DNA of 63,899 bases, counting the filler, from Perkinsus chesapeaki ATCC PRA-425 (taxonomy: Eukaryota; Protista; Perkinsozoa), in the NCBI GenBank assembly GCA_013115145.1. It is 10 parts of 10 records of this genome, joined end to end, with 100 filler letters (N's around TTAATTAATTAA, not from the genome) between each part and the next. Parts side by side here need not be neighbours in the genome. Positions count along the whole stretch, not along the records: positions 22,754 to 37,874 come from JAAPAO010000731.1; positions 37,975 to 46,082 come from JAAPAO010000991.1; positions 46,183 to 49,276 come from JAAPAO010001461.1; 7 more parts are not named here. One strand, written 5' to 3'. Below the pieces are notes generated by a model. The model was not told where the DNA came from and ran no database searches. It was given only the letters and a program-made list of their open reading frames with translations. The position numbers were made by a program, and so were the translations under genes. This document shows, piece by piece, positions 33,947 through 46,254 of this stretch (position 1 is the first letter of the stretch; every line of letters starts with the position of its first letter).

Positions 33947-36811
33947 ATGGTTAAGGATAAGGTGGGCTTATCTCACTGAGATATTTATTCCTCAACCTCG
34001 AGCTCGCCTGTGAACCTTACGTTCAGACTGAAGTAGGAGGCAATCACGAATGCAATGCGCTAAACTCCCCAGACTTCAACATGGAATCCCTATCCGCCCC
34101 CAGATTTTCCGGTTGGAAACTAAAAGTAAGCACGGAATCTCATACTGATTTAGGTTCAATATTTAGTACTACAATACAGTACTCAATTAGTACTTGTTTA
34201 GGTTTATGCTGGGATAGTGAGACAGGAGTTCTTAGGGAAGCCACTTCGTAACTACATGCTAAACTCTAATGGCGTGAGTTCACTTTCCGGACGCAGCAAT
34301 GCACAGGAGGCCTTGTTAGATTGGGCGTCTCCCGAAAGTCGCTGAAGGTGTACAACCCACGATAGCTCCCGTTAAGTTCCCTATGATACCACTCAGTCCG
34401 CCTGGGTAAGGCTATCCTGGTGGCACGTTCCTCCTTCAGGTGATGAGGATTACGAGCATGCGTGGGAATGCTACAAAGGAGAAGAGTCACAGCTTGGGGA
34501 GGTAACGTGGAACACTGCAGTTGCGCAGATTGACATCCTGCTCAGAATGTATCTCGGTGTTTTGGTTCGGGCATTGACAGTCCGTACAGGTCAATTGAGG
34601 ATTTGCACACGGCCTATATGAAGGGCAAAGCCAATCCAGTGGACATCATTAATGTGCATGGAGTACCTTCCTCAAGCTTGGACAGTTTTACCTTTTTAGA
34701 ACGCCCTTCAAGCCATCAATGAACTAAACCCAACCCTAAAAGCCTTCAAGGAGCTTTGCGATGTCGATGAGATCCGTCGCTTGGCCAGCGAGAGCGCCGA
34801 GAGGTTTAAACAAAGGAAACCTAGGTCGATGCTTGATGGCATACCCTTTGGCGTTAAGGATGAAATGAGCGTAAGTTGGCTGCTCACTACTTCGAGAACA
34901 TTTTCTACAGGTTGCTGGTCAACGCCTGCTATACGGAATAGACCCCAAGGGGAAGAGGGCGCACCTAACTCCAATATCAGTAGGGGGAGCGTGATACAAC
35001 AAATATAAAACAACCATGAATCCTTCATCCTACTTCGGCCCGTATCAGGAAAGAAGTGATCCCGTACTGGACGAGCTTGCTGGTGCTGGTGCAATCCTCA
35101 TCGGCACCACAACAATGCCTGATATTGGTATGAGTACGATGGGATACAGCAGTAGGCGCGCAACGCTCTACATCCCCTCATAGCCCTTCTTTGCTCAGGT
35201 TGGTGCAAAGGACCTCTAAATGCCTTCGACACACGCCGCTTCACTGGTGGAAGCTCATCGGGCGCCGGTGCCGCCTCGGCGGCAGGCATGGTAACATGAT
35301 CTCGCCCTTCCCTGTACCCCGTGTCAGGTGGTATTCAATATCGGCTTTGATGGCGGAGGATCTCTCCGTATTCCTTCTGCCTGGTCCGGTGTTGTTGGGT
35401 TCACACCTACATTTGGGAGGGTAAGGAGATCACTTCTTATTATAGGATGGTTCACTAGACTCGTTTTGCTCAACTTGACATACTCTTCGCTTTAGGTGCG
35501 TTATGAAAATCATCAACTGCAGATTTTCACCACCCTGCACTGTGGACCGATCGCTGCTAATGTAGCCGATGTCGCGCATGTTATGAGTGTTATTGGGAAT
35601 GTTCAATACAAAAGTACGTCTACTAACAGCTCAGATTGCTGCGAGCCTTCACCTGTTAGGAGGTCAGCACTTCTACGATGGTCTCTACCAAAAAGCCGCT
35701 GGCAAGAAAACAATGCCCCCGATGCATCTTAATGCTCTCCTAACTCCCTCTCCTAAAGGCAAATATAAAGTTGGCGTCTTTGATGACTGGGTGAAGTTCA
35801 GCAGTGAAGAAGCGCAATCCGTACGGCTGTTAGTCCATCGTGCTTCAATGCTCTGATGATCGCAGTGCCACTTACCGATTTAGGCCTTCAATACGACGTT
35901 AGATGCGATGAAGGACCAATGGGAACCCCAACAGTTTCGTATAAAGGATATGCAGGATCAAGCTCTCGCCCATAGTGAGTGTTACCATAACTGGTTTTGT
36001 TGGGGAATTCCAGACTGATTATCAGTCTAATAGGGTTTGCACTCTCTATGACATTTCAGCTTGGTCGATCGTCACTGAGTTCGCTACCTCTCTTCTGGAT
36101 CAGCCGTTGGAAGGATACGAGTACAACACACAGGTCATATATGAAATATGGTATTTTAGTAATTGTGTTGAATCCTGTTATCAGATATCTCTCGCTATTG
36201 GTCGAGATATCCTTAAGAAAGCTGATGTGCTCGAGGCCATACAGAAACTGCGCGGTTGGGCAATCGAACAATGGTGAGTCGATAACACGTCTCGCTGGGT
36301 ACGCTCAAGCTCGCTTAGGAATGAAGTGTTCAAGGATGTTGACTTCATCGTCACGCCGACCGTCGCCTACGGTGCCCCGGAGATTACTTCGGATGTGTTC
36401 AAATATGGTAAGCTTTGACAGATCTAGCACACTATCAACCAGGAACATAGAAGTTGGGCCATTTTGCACGGCCCGCCTAAGAAGCCACTTTTCACTACTT
36501 CTGGAATCTTAGGCGAGTTTAACCCCGCTAGGATTGTGGACATTATGCGCTTCATATGGCCGACCAATCTGGTTGGCTTCCCATCCATAACCATTCCAGT
36601 TGGCCAGAACAAGGAAGGAATGCCCCTCGGCATTCAGGTCAGTCACTTATATAACAACTAGGATGCATCTTCATTAATATATTATCAGATAATGGCTCCA
36701 CACTGGCAGGATGACAAGCTTATCAAAGTCGGTCTAGATGTTCAACGCAGACTCGCTGCCAAGCGTATCCGTCCTAAAAAATACTATCGGGACATCATGG
36801 CTCACCACTGA
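33947..36811 (+). CDS. FAAH-like amidase-signature enzyme 3; no signal peptide evident, start uncertain
   Basis: TEVGGNHECNALNSPDFNMESLSAP; LDGIPFGVKDE, GTTTMPDIG, TGGSSSGA, FDGGGSLRIP, FIWPTNLVGFPS; TGA 36809-36811. Confidence 0.93.
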
Positions 36812-37974
36812 TGACCCTCCATGCGCATCTTCTATTGCTTTGTTGCTTTTTCGATCGTTTTCAGTTGTTGATCGAGTTTTGGTGACCTGTTATGGTCTTC
36901 TTATTCCCGGATACGTCCTTGCGTTTTAAGTGATAATACAATGGTTCCAATCAGAGGGGCGTAACTCAGGGCTTTACTGCGGTCGCCCAGGGAACGCGCC
37001 AACTCTGGACGGGGTTCACTTTCTAAATAACTCTACTGCGTGGTATTGTTAGTATTAATTTGTTACGGTAGCTTGAAATTCTACTTGGCACGTCAGCTTC
37101 GCTACTTCGAGAAACAGTAAGAAATTTCGGCTGGACGAATATTTGTTGAATAGCACGGGCAGCGGTATTTCATCGCTCGAAGATGATGTGAAATTTTCAA
37201 GTACCGTTAGCCTATGTTGATGAGTCAGGGAGACGGGGAGGTCTCTTGAAAATGCGTCTCGGATTTAAGTATACTTTGGCGTCGCCTGGCTAACGTATAC
37301 GTGAACTTCTTTAGCACTCGAAACTTTCGAGTCGAAAGAGTCCGAAGATATCGCCTCAATGGAGATTACAACCGTCTACATGATGACGACGATGTTGCCA
37401 AGGTTCGTTGCTGCGTTCTATTTCGCGATTGAAGGCTTTCCAAGCATTCGGTTTCCCGTGCGCAATAGTGTATGGCTTGTGCACTCTTGGACACTCTGTC
37501 AGACACGTCATCGATCAGTTTGCTAAGGGAGATGCTTCCAGGGTCAAAGATGCGTAATGTTTCTTGTGTAGTGCATTATCAAAGACCATTTAGGAATTCG
37601 TTGCCGGTTTTCCAGACCTGTTCTTATGGGCGAGAAGACTTCTACAAAAATGTGGCGTGCTGATTCTTACAAGATCGTCTTCAAAACATGCAATCATGTG
37701 GCACGGCTGAACGTTTCTCATCAGGACTAGCAGCCTCGTTTTATCAGAGCCAAAAGAAGATTACCTGCCTTGATGGCGGGGTTATCGAAGTGTTCACCAA
37801 GGAGCAGTCGAAAATGTGATTTCGTACCACACAGCTTTGGTTTCATTTTACACTTTGCTTATTGTGTGTATTATNNNNNNNNNNNNNNNNNNNNNNNNNN
37901 NNNNNNNNNNNNNNNNNNTTAATTAATTAANNNNNNNNNNNNNNNNNNNNNNNNNNNNNNNNNNNNNNNNNNNN

Positions 37975-40900
37975 ATCATCCGTGCATCCATAAAAAAATA
38001 GTTTTCCACATTCAATGTACTTTCCATGAACGACCGAGCCGCTCCGAGTCGTGGTCCCTCGAGCTATATCATAAGGCAGGCCACCGTCATCAGCTGTAAC
38101 CGCACCCTCATCTTCGTTGCTGCTGGAACGTTGCTTGGACCAATCGTACGTCTTCATTGGCATAAAGTAAGATACTTTGAAGATCCCCCACCCATGTGGC
38201 GGGAAACTATGGCGGGTTCGGCAGCGGGCCCCTTGCTCTTGGTCAGTCTTGTCACTATATGTTTTGCGCTTGGTAGCCTTGCTCCTATCCACCGCATCGT
38301 CTTTTGTTTGACCAGTCCTTGCGCAGATCACATCAACCACAGAGTCAGACCTTGTAGAGCAATGTATGAAGCCGTCAAGCCTGAAATCCAGTTCCGTCTC
38401 GAAAGGAAGCCTGGTAAAGCCGAGTGTGCCCCACCTGAAAACTTCTTCCCCCTCCTCGACCCCAACCTTGAGATACAGCCACGTGGCATCGTTCTTTGTG
38501 ATAGCGGTAATTCTGTTATCGAACGCTTTCTGAGTCATAGTCTGCAGCGTGGTGTCGTTCTCGAGACGGCGAAGTCGCGTATTAACCTGAAGTAGAAATG
38601 GGGAAAAGAGTGAAGGTGTTCAAAAACACAGCAGTGTGACATTCATAGTGTAAATTTTGTACATAGAAGTACAATATAACATATACTAGATAGTCTGACT
38701 TCTGTGTATGAAATTCTAAAACCTTACCAAGATTTTTGTTTGAGACTCGCCGGTGTAGTACACAGGCGTGTACACCCGAAATTATGATCGAGGAAGTCTG
38801 ATCGGAAATGTCTTCTTTAGCTACCTCTTCGAGTGGGTCTTCTTTCCATGCGTCTAGCGTAACTTTCACTTCATGATGCACGGGGACCTACAGATCACGT
38901 TATCACGTTATAACTATTAGGAAGCAGAAAGCCCAAGCACGACGGATGTGGTCGAGCAGAGCCTCATTAGGATTCTTCATCTTACCAGTATCTCAGAAAT
39001 GTTGAGCACTTGAACCTCGAATTCACGCTCTTCTTCCCTCGTCATCGGTTTGCCCCTCAGCAGTAAAATTGCTTGCCTTCGAGCTCCCAACAGAAAGTTG
39101 ATTTCCTCTGTAACAGGCCTTACTGGGAGTTTCTTGAGAGGCGGAAAGCGTCGCTCACGAAGGCCTAACATGTGTGGGCGGCTTTGCCACGGCGACAAAC
39201 GCCCTCACCTTCAGTTAATCCAGTGACCAAAGCCGTATGAAGCGCCTCATACTCGTCTAATTTTGCTACACGGAGGGGTAATATAACAGTGCATCCTATT
39301 CTGCCAGCAGCCGTGATGACGGAGTTGCAGTTATTCTCTGAAACGTGAAATCAATGCGACTCGCTCACTTACCATCGGAACAAATTCAATGAGTATATCA
39401 CATGCTCACCTCCAGGAGCCATCACTATAAGCTTGGAGTCTGAATGCATTCCTACGGCTCCAAACAAGTCCTCGAACGTCTTAACTGTGAAATCAGACGA
39501 ACCGGCGCCTAAAGGGTCCACCTTTTGGGCGATCATAAGAGCCTTTTTTTCGTTGTCGTTGTAGAAGCGGCTGAAGACCATTTCTCTTGCCCCCTTGTTA
39601 TCGTGAGTCGATGTAGACTGGCGTTTTCGGCCAGGCCCACCCTTCGAACAGCGGCGAACGAAAAACAGGTTCTCTTGAGCAATCGGAACACCGATAAGGC
39701 GTGCTTCCGCAGCCTGCCGATCACGCTTTCGAAGTGCATTGAGTTTCTGACTCCAGCACACGAGAAACTGGTCTTTCAGGGATATCTCCAATGGATATCC
39801 CATGTCCCAAAAACTTCTTGTACGGTAGCAGATCCGCTTGCTTGGGAGAGTTTGGTCTTCCTCACATGTGACGTTGTGCAGACGGGTGTTACCATCGTTC
39901 ACTTTCTCATCGTTAGAATCAGTGTTGTGAATGGAATCGCTAGCGTCAAGTGAAGCTTCGGCTGAGTCTACCGATCTGACAGTGCTCCCATCGTCTGATA
40001 GTCTCGAGCTAGTTTTAGATGGAAGATTGTTCTCCTTCTCCTTCCTAGCAGAAAAAGCACCGAGAAGTTGCCAAGTCGAAGAAACACCGCACGTCGGGCT
40101 TGCAGTCGGAGCGCGTAGGATTATAGTAGTTTCTCGCACTAGCTGGAATGAATCCATCAGCTCTCTCACAAAGAGCTCGATGTCTCCGGGAGCCAGCGGT
40201 ATAGTGCATGCACCGAAGTCAGAACCATTCAAGTACTTGTCGTCCGCGAGGTCCACGTAGATAAAGTCCGGGGGAGCGGAGCAAAGCAAAGGCCTCAAGC
40301 TGCGAAGGCCTTCTTGGATCCAGACAGGTGTGCCTACCAACGAACCATCACCATGCCTAGCGGTCCCAGCTCGAGCGCCATCGAGGCTCATCCTACTGCC
40401 CCCAAGTAAGTAACTCTTACTAGAACCACCACCGCCGCAATCTGCGACGAATACGCGTTTGGCAAGTATATCGTCGGCTGCACTTCTTAGATCGGCTTCG
40501 ACTTGCTTTTTATATTCAGAGCACTTTTTTTCACTCTCTTCGAAGGCAGACAATGTGGACTCAATGGACTGTTGCACCATCAGATCAAACTTGCTCTGGT
40601 CCTCAGTCATCTTGGCAAGCTTCATACGTTTAAGCTCGTCACTAGCGGCTTTGCGTTGTCTCTCAGCCTCGGCAATTAAGGCGAGGTGTTGTTCCTGCTC
40701 AGCCTGCTCTCTCTGTGATCGAATAATCTCTTGCTTCTGCGCCTCTCTGTTTTTGAGAGAGTAGATTTCAGCCATGATAGCCTTAGCTGGCGTGATTATC
40801 TCCGACGGGTTGATCCCCTCGAACAATGGCCGACAGCATGCGTCGGACTCGACTCCTTCAGAGAAGACCATACCATAGGTTGAGGTAACAACGGCGATGT

Positions 40901-42369
40901 CATTGTCCTTGGAGCGTAATCTCTCAAGAATGCCTTCAGCTGCCTCATGAGGTAAACTGAGAATAGCTCTGTGCACATTAGGATGCGCTTTAAAGATCAT
41001 CCATAAGAGACATGCGAGCTTCATCTGCAACACATCAATCCCTTTGTAGCCTCTAGACCGACCGTATAACTTCAGCTAGAGCAGCTGCCACCACGCTCAA
41101 CATATGAGACCGCAGGGCTTCAGCAACAAATGGAGTGCCGTCGTTTGACTTGAGTAGGGAAGAATCGCCGATCATCTTGTGCAGTAGGAATGCCTTCTCG
41201 GAAATGAAGAACTCGTGGAGAGTATCAACTATTCCACGTACTCGACTTCTAGCCTCCGATGCTGCCAGTGATTTGGACCAATCAACGCGAAATAGGGATG
41301 TTATCACCTCCCAGTTGAATGTAGTGCAAAGCATATTCCCCTGATCAAAGGTTGATATGGAGGCCTCACAGCGCGCCATCTCATCGAGAACCTTCATGTC
41401 AAGCCGACATCTTTTGGTGTCAACTAATGCCTTCAAATACTGCTTGCTAGAAGGTGGAACAGCTTGTCCACCGGTGATCTGCTTAAACATTTCAACGAGA
41501 CCCTCGTAAGACTTCCGGTCAGGCGGGAGGGAGCCATAGACACGTAGAAGGCCGCGAAGCAGCGTTACTGCAGTTTTCGGAACTACATTGCTTGATCTAT
41601 TAGAGGATGCAATTGTCTCCATGAGAACCGTCAAGTTGTAGACCTCACCAATCGGCAGAGTTCTCAAACTAACCGATTCAGGAGACTTGAAGCTAAGCTT
41701 ATTCCGGAGCACCGCGGGGTAGTTGTTGATGAGAAGTTCGAAGGCCTCCTCTGTATCGTTCACCTCCTTCCTCGACATACTAAGTGAGGGCAAAACTGCA
41801 ATCCTTTTCCACTCACTATACATCATTTCAATCAGCTTGCTGATATGAATGCCGGAAACCAGCTGCAAAGGGAAGGCATTCATGTCTTCGCTGAGGCAAA
41901 CTCCGGTTGAAGACTTCAGCTGCTCGAAGTCTATATCCCACACGCCGGAGCACCCACTAACCAGATTGAGGGTTATAGCCGGGTTATAATCCGTAAGACT
42001 TGAGCGCCTTGAATCTAGGTCTATCACATGCCACATCTTGCCCACAATCTCTGTGCTGTCTTGCAGATCACGACAAAAGGAGAAGTCGGCCACCTTGACA
42101 CATTCTGCAGCTTTGGAAGCCCACATCTTTAGCCACTTCTGCCTTTTATATTCGTCGACTTGAAAAACGAAAGTTGATTCGTGTTTGTCGTCTTTGTCAG
42201 CAACGCCCAAACTCAGGTCAATCTGCTCAAGAGATTTTGACGCAGCTGTATAGCCTTCAGAAGGTAGTTCAGCGCCACTTAAACTACTGCTGCATGCTGA
42301 TGCCGTCGGCGGCGCGGTTCCATGAAATGTGACATGAGTGCTCACGTTGTCTTCAGTCTTAGATAACAC
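37975..42369 (-). CDS. Large hypothetical protein (>1100 aa if spliced as inferred), probably running into the gap at 37974
   Basis: The 438-aa and 554-aa ORFs join in frame through a 46-nt GT-AG intron (...AALAE|MKLAC...). A 72-nt phase-1 intron and further GT-AG introns add exons at ~39330-39210, 39160-38985 and 38890-38730; the link to the 203-aa ORF is less certain. Central coiled coil (EAQKQEIIRSQREQAEQEQ...). No family recognised. Confidence 0.72.
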
Positions 42370-42713
42370 AGAACCTGAGCAGAATGCCGAATGATGTACG
42401 GAAACGAATACATAGCCCGCGAACGTGAACGTTCAACCGCAAAATGTGTGCTGAATTTAAATTAGGGCCTTAAGTTAAGGAGCCATAGTATAAACCATAC
42501 TTCAGGCACTTCGGGTATGTGCTAGTAGCGTAGTGCAAAGAAACATCCCTCACGGTGACTCGCTCGGTGTTTACCTGGGGCCGGCGTAAATTTGACTTCT
42601 GATAGACGCATAATTGAAGGCCGGCCGGGATCTGCAGACAGTCCGCCATGATCTTCATCCATAATAAGAGAGGTCAAGGGAGAAAATAGGAGACACTAAC
42701 AAGACAATACAGT

Positions 42714-43075
42714 TTCAGTCCCGCATACAATTTTTGGTCATTGCTGAACTACTGCGACCTTAAATTGTATGCTACGGGGGGGTAGCATACAATTAATGGT
42801 CGCCTGGCACCAAGACAAAGTGATGTTGACAGCCTCCCCCATGGTTTTGTTGTCCTGCTAAGGAGCATGGGGCTATGATCGATATTCAAGTGACTAATCA
42901 AGTGACTACGAAAGGGTCTTCTGTGTGCCATTTCGAAGTAGAAGCATGTTCCTAGTGTTGGTAGTCTAATACATACAACCATCATGCGACCATTAAATGT
43001 ATGCTAGCCCCCCCTAGCATACAATATATGGTCGAGGGCCTTCGCTGCTGCCAAAAATTGTATTCAGAGTCTGAT
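42714..43075. repeat. Fold-back element: two 48-bp hairpins in inverted orientation within ~90-bp imperfect inverted arms
   Basis: 42755-42802 cgaccttaaattgtatgctac-G6-gtagcatacaattaatggtcg and 42987-43034 cgaccattaaatgtatgctag-C6-ctagcatacaatatatggtcg; outer arms atacaatttttgg (~42725) and ccaaaaattgtat (~43051). Confidence 0.85.
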
Positions 43076-43275
43076 TAACGGACGGATATGTAGTTTTCGC
43101 GCTGGATTTTCGCTACCAAGCTACCGTGATTCACGATCCGTGGTCCTGTGGCACGACTCCTGCCATTAATTGCTTTACATGCCTACATAGGTATTGCCTG
43201 CTAGCCTGGTAGTGCTATGAGAGATTAGTACTAGAACTTTGCTACGTCGCACGCAAGTACAGTACCTGCGTACCT

Positions 43276-43312
43276 GGTGATCGATTTGCCAGTAGCTGGC
43301 AAATCGATCACC
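43276..43312. repeat. Perfect 17-bp inverted repeat with 3-nt loop
   Basis: ggtgatcgatttgccag-tag-ctggcaaatcgatcacc. Confidence 0.95.
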
Positions 43313-43599
43313 CAGGGCGAGAGCGAGTCTTCGTTTGACCTTCCGAACTCTACTAGATGGTTAGTAGTACTACTGTAGTACTGACTCGGTGCAACTGTCT
43401 CGTTCTGTTTGATAGACAGCGCTCCTGAGTCACGAGCAGAAGAATCGAGTTGGTCACGAGTCGCGACCAACTCATTTTCGTTCCGGTTTACACAATTTGG
43501 GGTTTGCTTCGCATGTTATATTCCGGCCGCCCAACTAGGCGATACTTCCCGGTCGACTGCCGTTTCAGTTAGCTCGGCCCCTATTGCAGCTACTTTGAA

Positions 43600-46082
43600 A
43601 TGGACAATACTATATTTGTATGCAGTCATGATAGGCCCAAAGAGGCGGCTAACCGTCTAGATCGCGCCACGATTTGCCAAGTTGTTGCAGAAGGCTGCTG
43701 CAGTAAGAGATGTCTTGAACGATTATCGGTCGATGATATAATAGAGGCAAGGAAGGCCTTCGCATTAGAAGAAGAGAGTGGGCTTGCAAGAAGCCGCGAT
43801 GGGAGGTCGCAGTTGCTCCTAGAAGTTTGCAGACAGCATGGAATGGTCGAACAAGTGTCCACCTCCGAGACTAAGTTCGTTACTAAGATATACTGGAGGC
43901 CTTCTTGCTGGGCGGCAGTTAGGAAGTTTTTGGGTGTCGGGAACGATCTTTTAGCTGAGGTTAAGGCCAAAGCTGAGTCTCAAGAAAATCTGGTACCCAG
44001 ATATGTGGTTAGACGAGTGACTGCGAACTTTAGCGGCCGGCGTGCTCAGGTTTGCGAGTTCATCGCATCTCTCTTCCGGAGGATCGGTGAATTCATGCCG
44101 GATTCTAACTCGCTCATCGTGCCTTTTTTCAGCAAACGAGCAGTGATAAGTTATTTAAAGGACCACTGGAACATTCACTTCGGTACAAGCGATAATCCCC
44201 CAAGCACTCGCAGTATCTATCGGTACTTGGCCGACCCGAAACTCCTGCGCAAGATATCAAGGCATGGAATCCATGACGACATTGCTGCGATACAACCTCA
44301 ACTACCTGACATCGGTCACGAAGGCCTTCTAGTTAATGTGTGCTTCCGTAAGCATCAACGATTTGGGCGGTGCCAGGAGTGCTGTGAGATGCAATTGGTC
44401 TTAGCCAAGTCGCGATGTGAAGCGGATAAAAAGGTTATCATGGAGCGCTATCAAAAGCATCTTGAAAGCATCAGGCTCCAGAGGACAATATACTACAAGG
44501 CAAAGATAGAATCCATTGAAAATCCAGACCAACTTTTGACCATTATAGCAGATGGTCCTGACCAATATTTAACAAGGGTGCCTCATCTGTTGTGGCGTTC
44601 TGGGAAGCACGCGCCCAAGTACGATGATAGCTGTCTGCCTAAGCTCAAGTTGGAGCTGGTTATATGCCACGGGCGCAGGGGCCCTAATATATTCTTGTAC
44701 GTCGCCCCTCCAGATAAGAGTCATGTAAGTCAATTTGCCGTATTCTGAAGGCCTTCTTGTTCTCTCGTGCAGGGTTCCAATATGGTTATTGAGAGCTTCG
44801 AACGCACGCTCTCAGAGCTGCAGAAGCACCAGGACCTTCCGCGCCGCATCCACGTGCAACTGGATAATCCTACCGGGGAAAATAAAAATAAGTAGGCCTT
44901 CTTCGTGTGTTATTGCAAGAAATTATTTTTCGTGTACCTATTAAGAACGCTCAACCATCATTAACTGGAAGGTCTTGCTAGGTATGTCTTTGGATACTTC
45001 GCTGAGAAGATATCAGAAGGCCTTCTAGATCGAGTAGATATTATGTTTCTCCCTCCAAGTCATACCCATGAGGACGTCGATATGCGACATCATCAATATG
45101 GATCGAGATTGAAAGTGTCAGAGTTTATCGATGGCCAGCAAATATGTGACGTTGTCGAAAAGTGTCTTGCGGGTCACAACCCCGAAGAGCCTGGGAAAGC
45201 CCGGCTCAAACGCAGAAGGGTAGTATTAAATACTTTTGGAGCGTATGTGGGCAGCACTTACGCATCCGAGTTAAGAATGATTGACGGCGTGTTTTATTCT
45301 TGTCAAACGAATTTCTCACAGCGATGCCTGTAAAAATCGCTCAAATCGCGCAACCCTGAGTTGGCTTTCCAGGTTATGGATACATTGATGTCCCGTGAGA
45401 CTTTGAAGCCTAGAGCGCAGACAATGTACAATATCAGGGATTGGAAAAAACGGTTCGGAGTGACCATTCCGCGTATACAAGGCATCACAACGGCTTACGC
45501 CTATAGGGTAAGAGAAGACTCCCAGTGTTTTGTCATCGACAGTATGGCTATGAATCATAGCCTCTGATAGGCAGACTATGGCGTTGACAGTTCTCCTCCT
45601 TTTCTCAGCTCGAGATGGACAAGCTAACCGGGGACGTCGTATTGGCTTATAAAAAGACAATGGCGTGCCCGCAATGGGAGGCTGTTCAGGTGAGATAATT
45701 ATCACGATGTTCCATGTTCCAGTTAGCCATTGGCAATGGCTAACTGGACGCAATGCGTCCGCGCTTTGGAACCTGTGTTATGAAATTCTGGTGGAGCCTT
45801 CGTTCCGGTGGCTGTCATGGCAAGTATAAACTTGCGACCGCAGAACTGTTCTGAGCTTTCTTACAATATAAGAACTTCCTTATAATTCTTCAGGTATTCA
45901 TACCAAGTGGAACTTTTGAAGGCCTTCCAGAACCTGAAGCAGAGAGCGCCAATTCTGATAAACATGATAAGTTAGCAGCTGAATCCCTGAGGCGGCTTCC
46001 CGTAGATTGCCCTACGTGTTTCACAGAGAAGGGTAGGTTTCTACGTCCGCTTATCGAGCCTATAATGTCGTCGTCCAGTCTG
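43600..46082 (+). mobile_element. Intron-containing DDD-type transposase, Sola-like (superfamily tentative); 3' end runs into the gap
   Basis: CCSKRC, FGRCQEC...YQKHLE...QRTIY, IIADGPDQ (D1), HVQLDNPTGENKNK (D2), FLPPSHTHEDVD (D3), YNIRDWK..IQGIT, YKKTMACPQW. GT-AG introns 44725-44772 and 44892-44981 keep the frame. No TIR pair identified. Confidence 0.78.
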
Positions 46083-46182
46083 NNNNNNNNNNNNNNNNNN
46101 NNNNNNNNNNNNNNNNNNNNNNNNNNTTAATTAATTAANNNNNNNNNNNNNNNNNNNNNNNNNNNNNNNNNNNNNNNNNNNN

Positions 46183-46253
<71 letters not shown>
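46183..46253. repeat. (TTA)n microsatellite at a contig edge
   Basis: About 23 uninterrupted TAT/TTA units. Confidence 0.97.

Positions 46254-46254
<1 letters not shown>

Noticed and set aside
36954-37874. Possible hAT relic (cagaggggcgtaact end; LPRFVAAF and EFVAG fragments)
   Set aside because: Too decayed to support by eye; no matching second terminus before the gap. Needs a tblastn search.
38026-38595. 189-aa + strand ORF; similar antisense ORFs at 39525-40764, 13558-13812 and 8533-8995
   Set aside because: Shadow frames opposite better-supported genes, with no recognisable motifs.
42997-43008. aatgtatgcta matches the loxP spacer region
   Set aside because: The 13-bp Cre-binding arms are absent; it is part of a native hairpin and the match is short.
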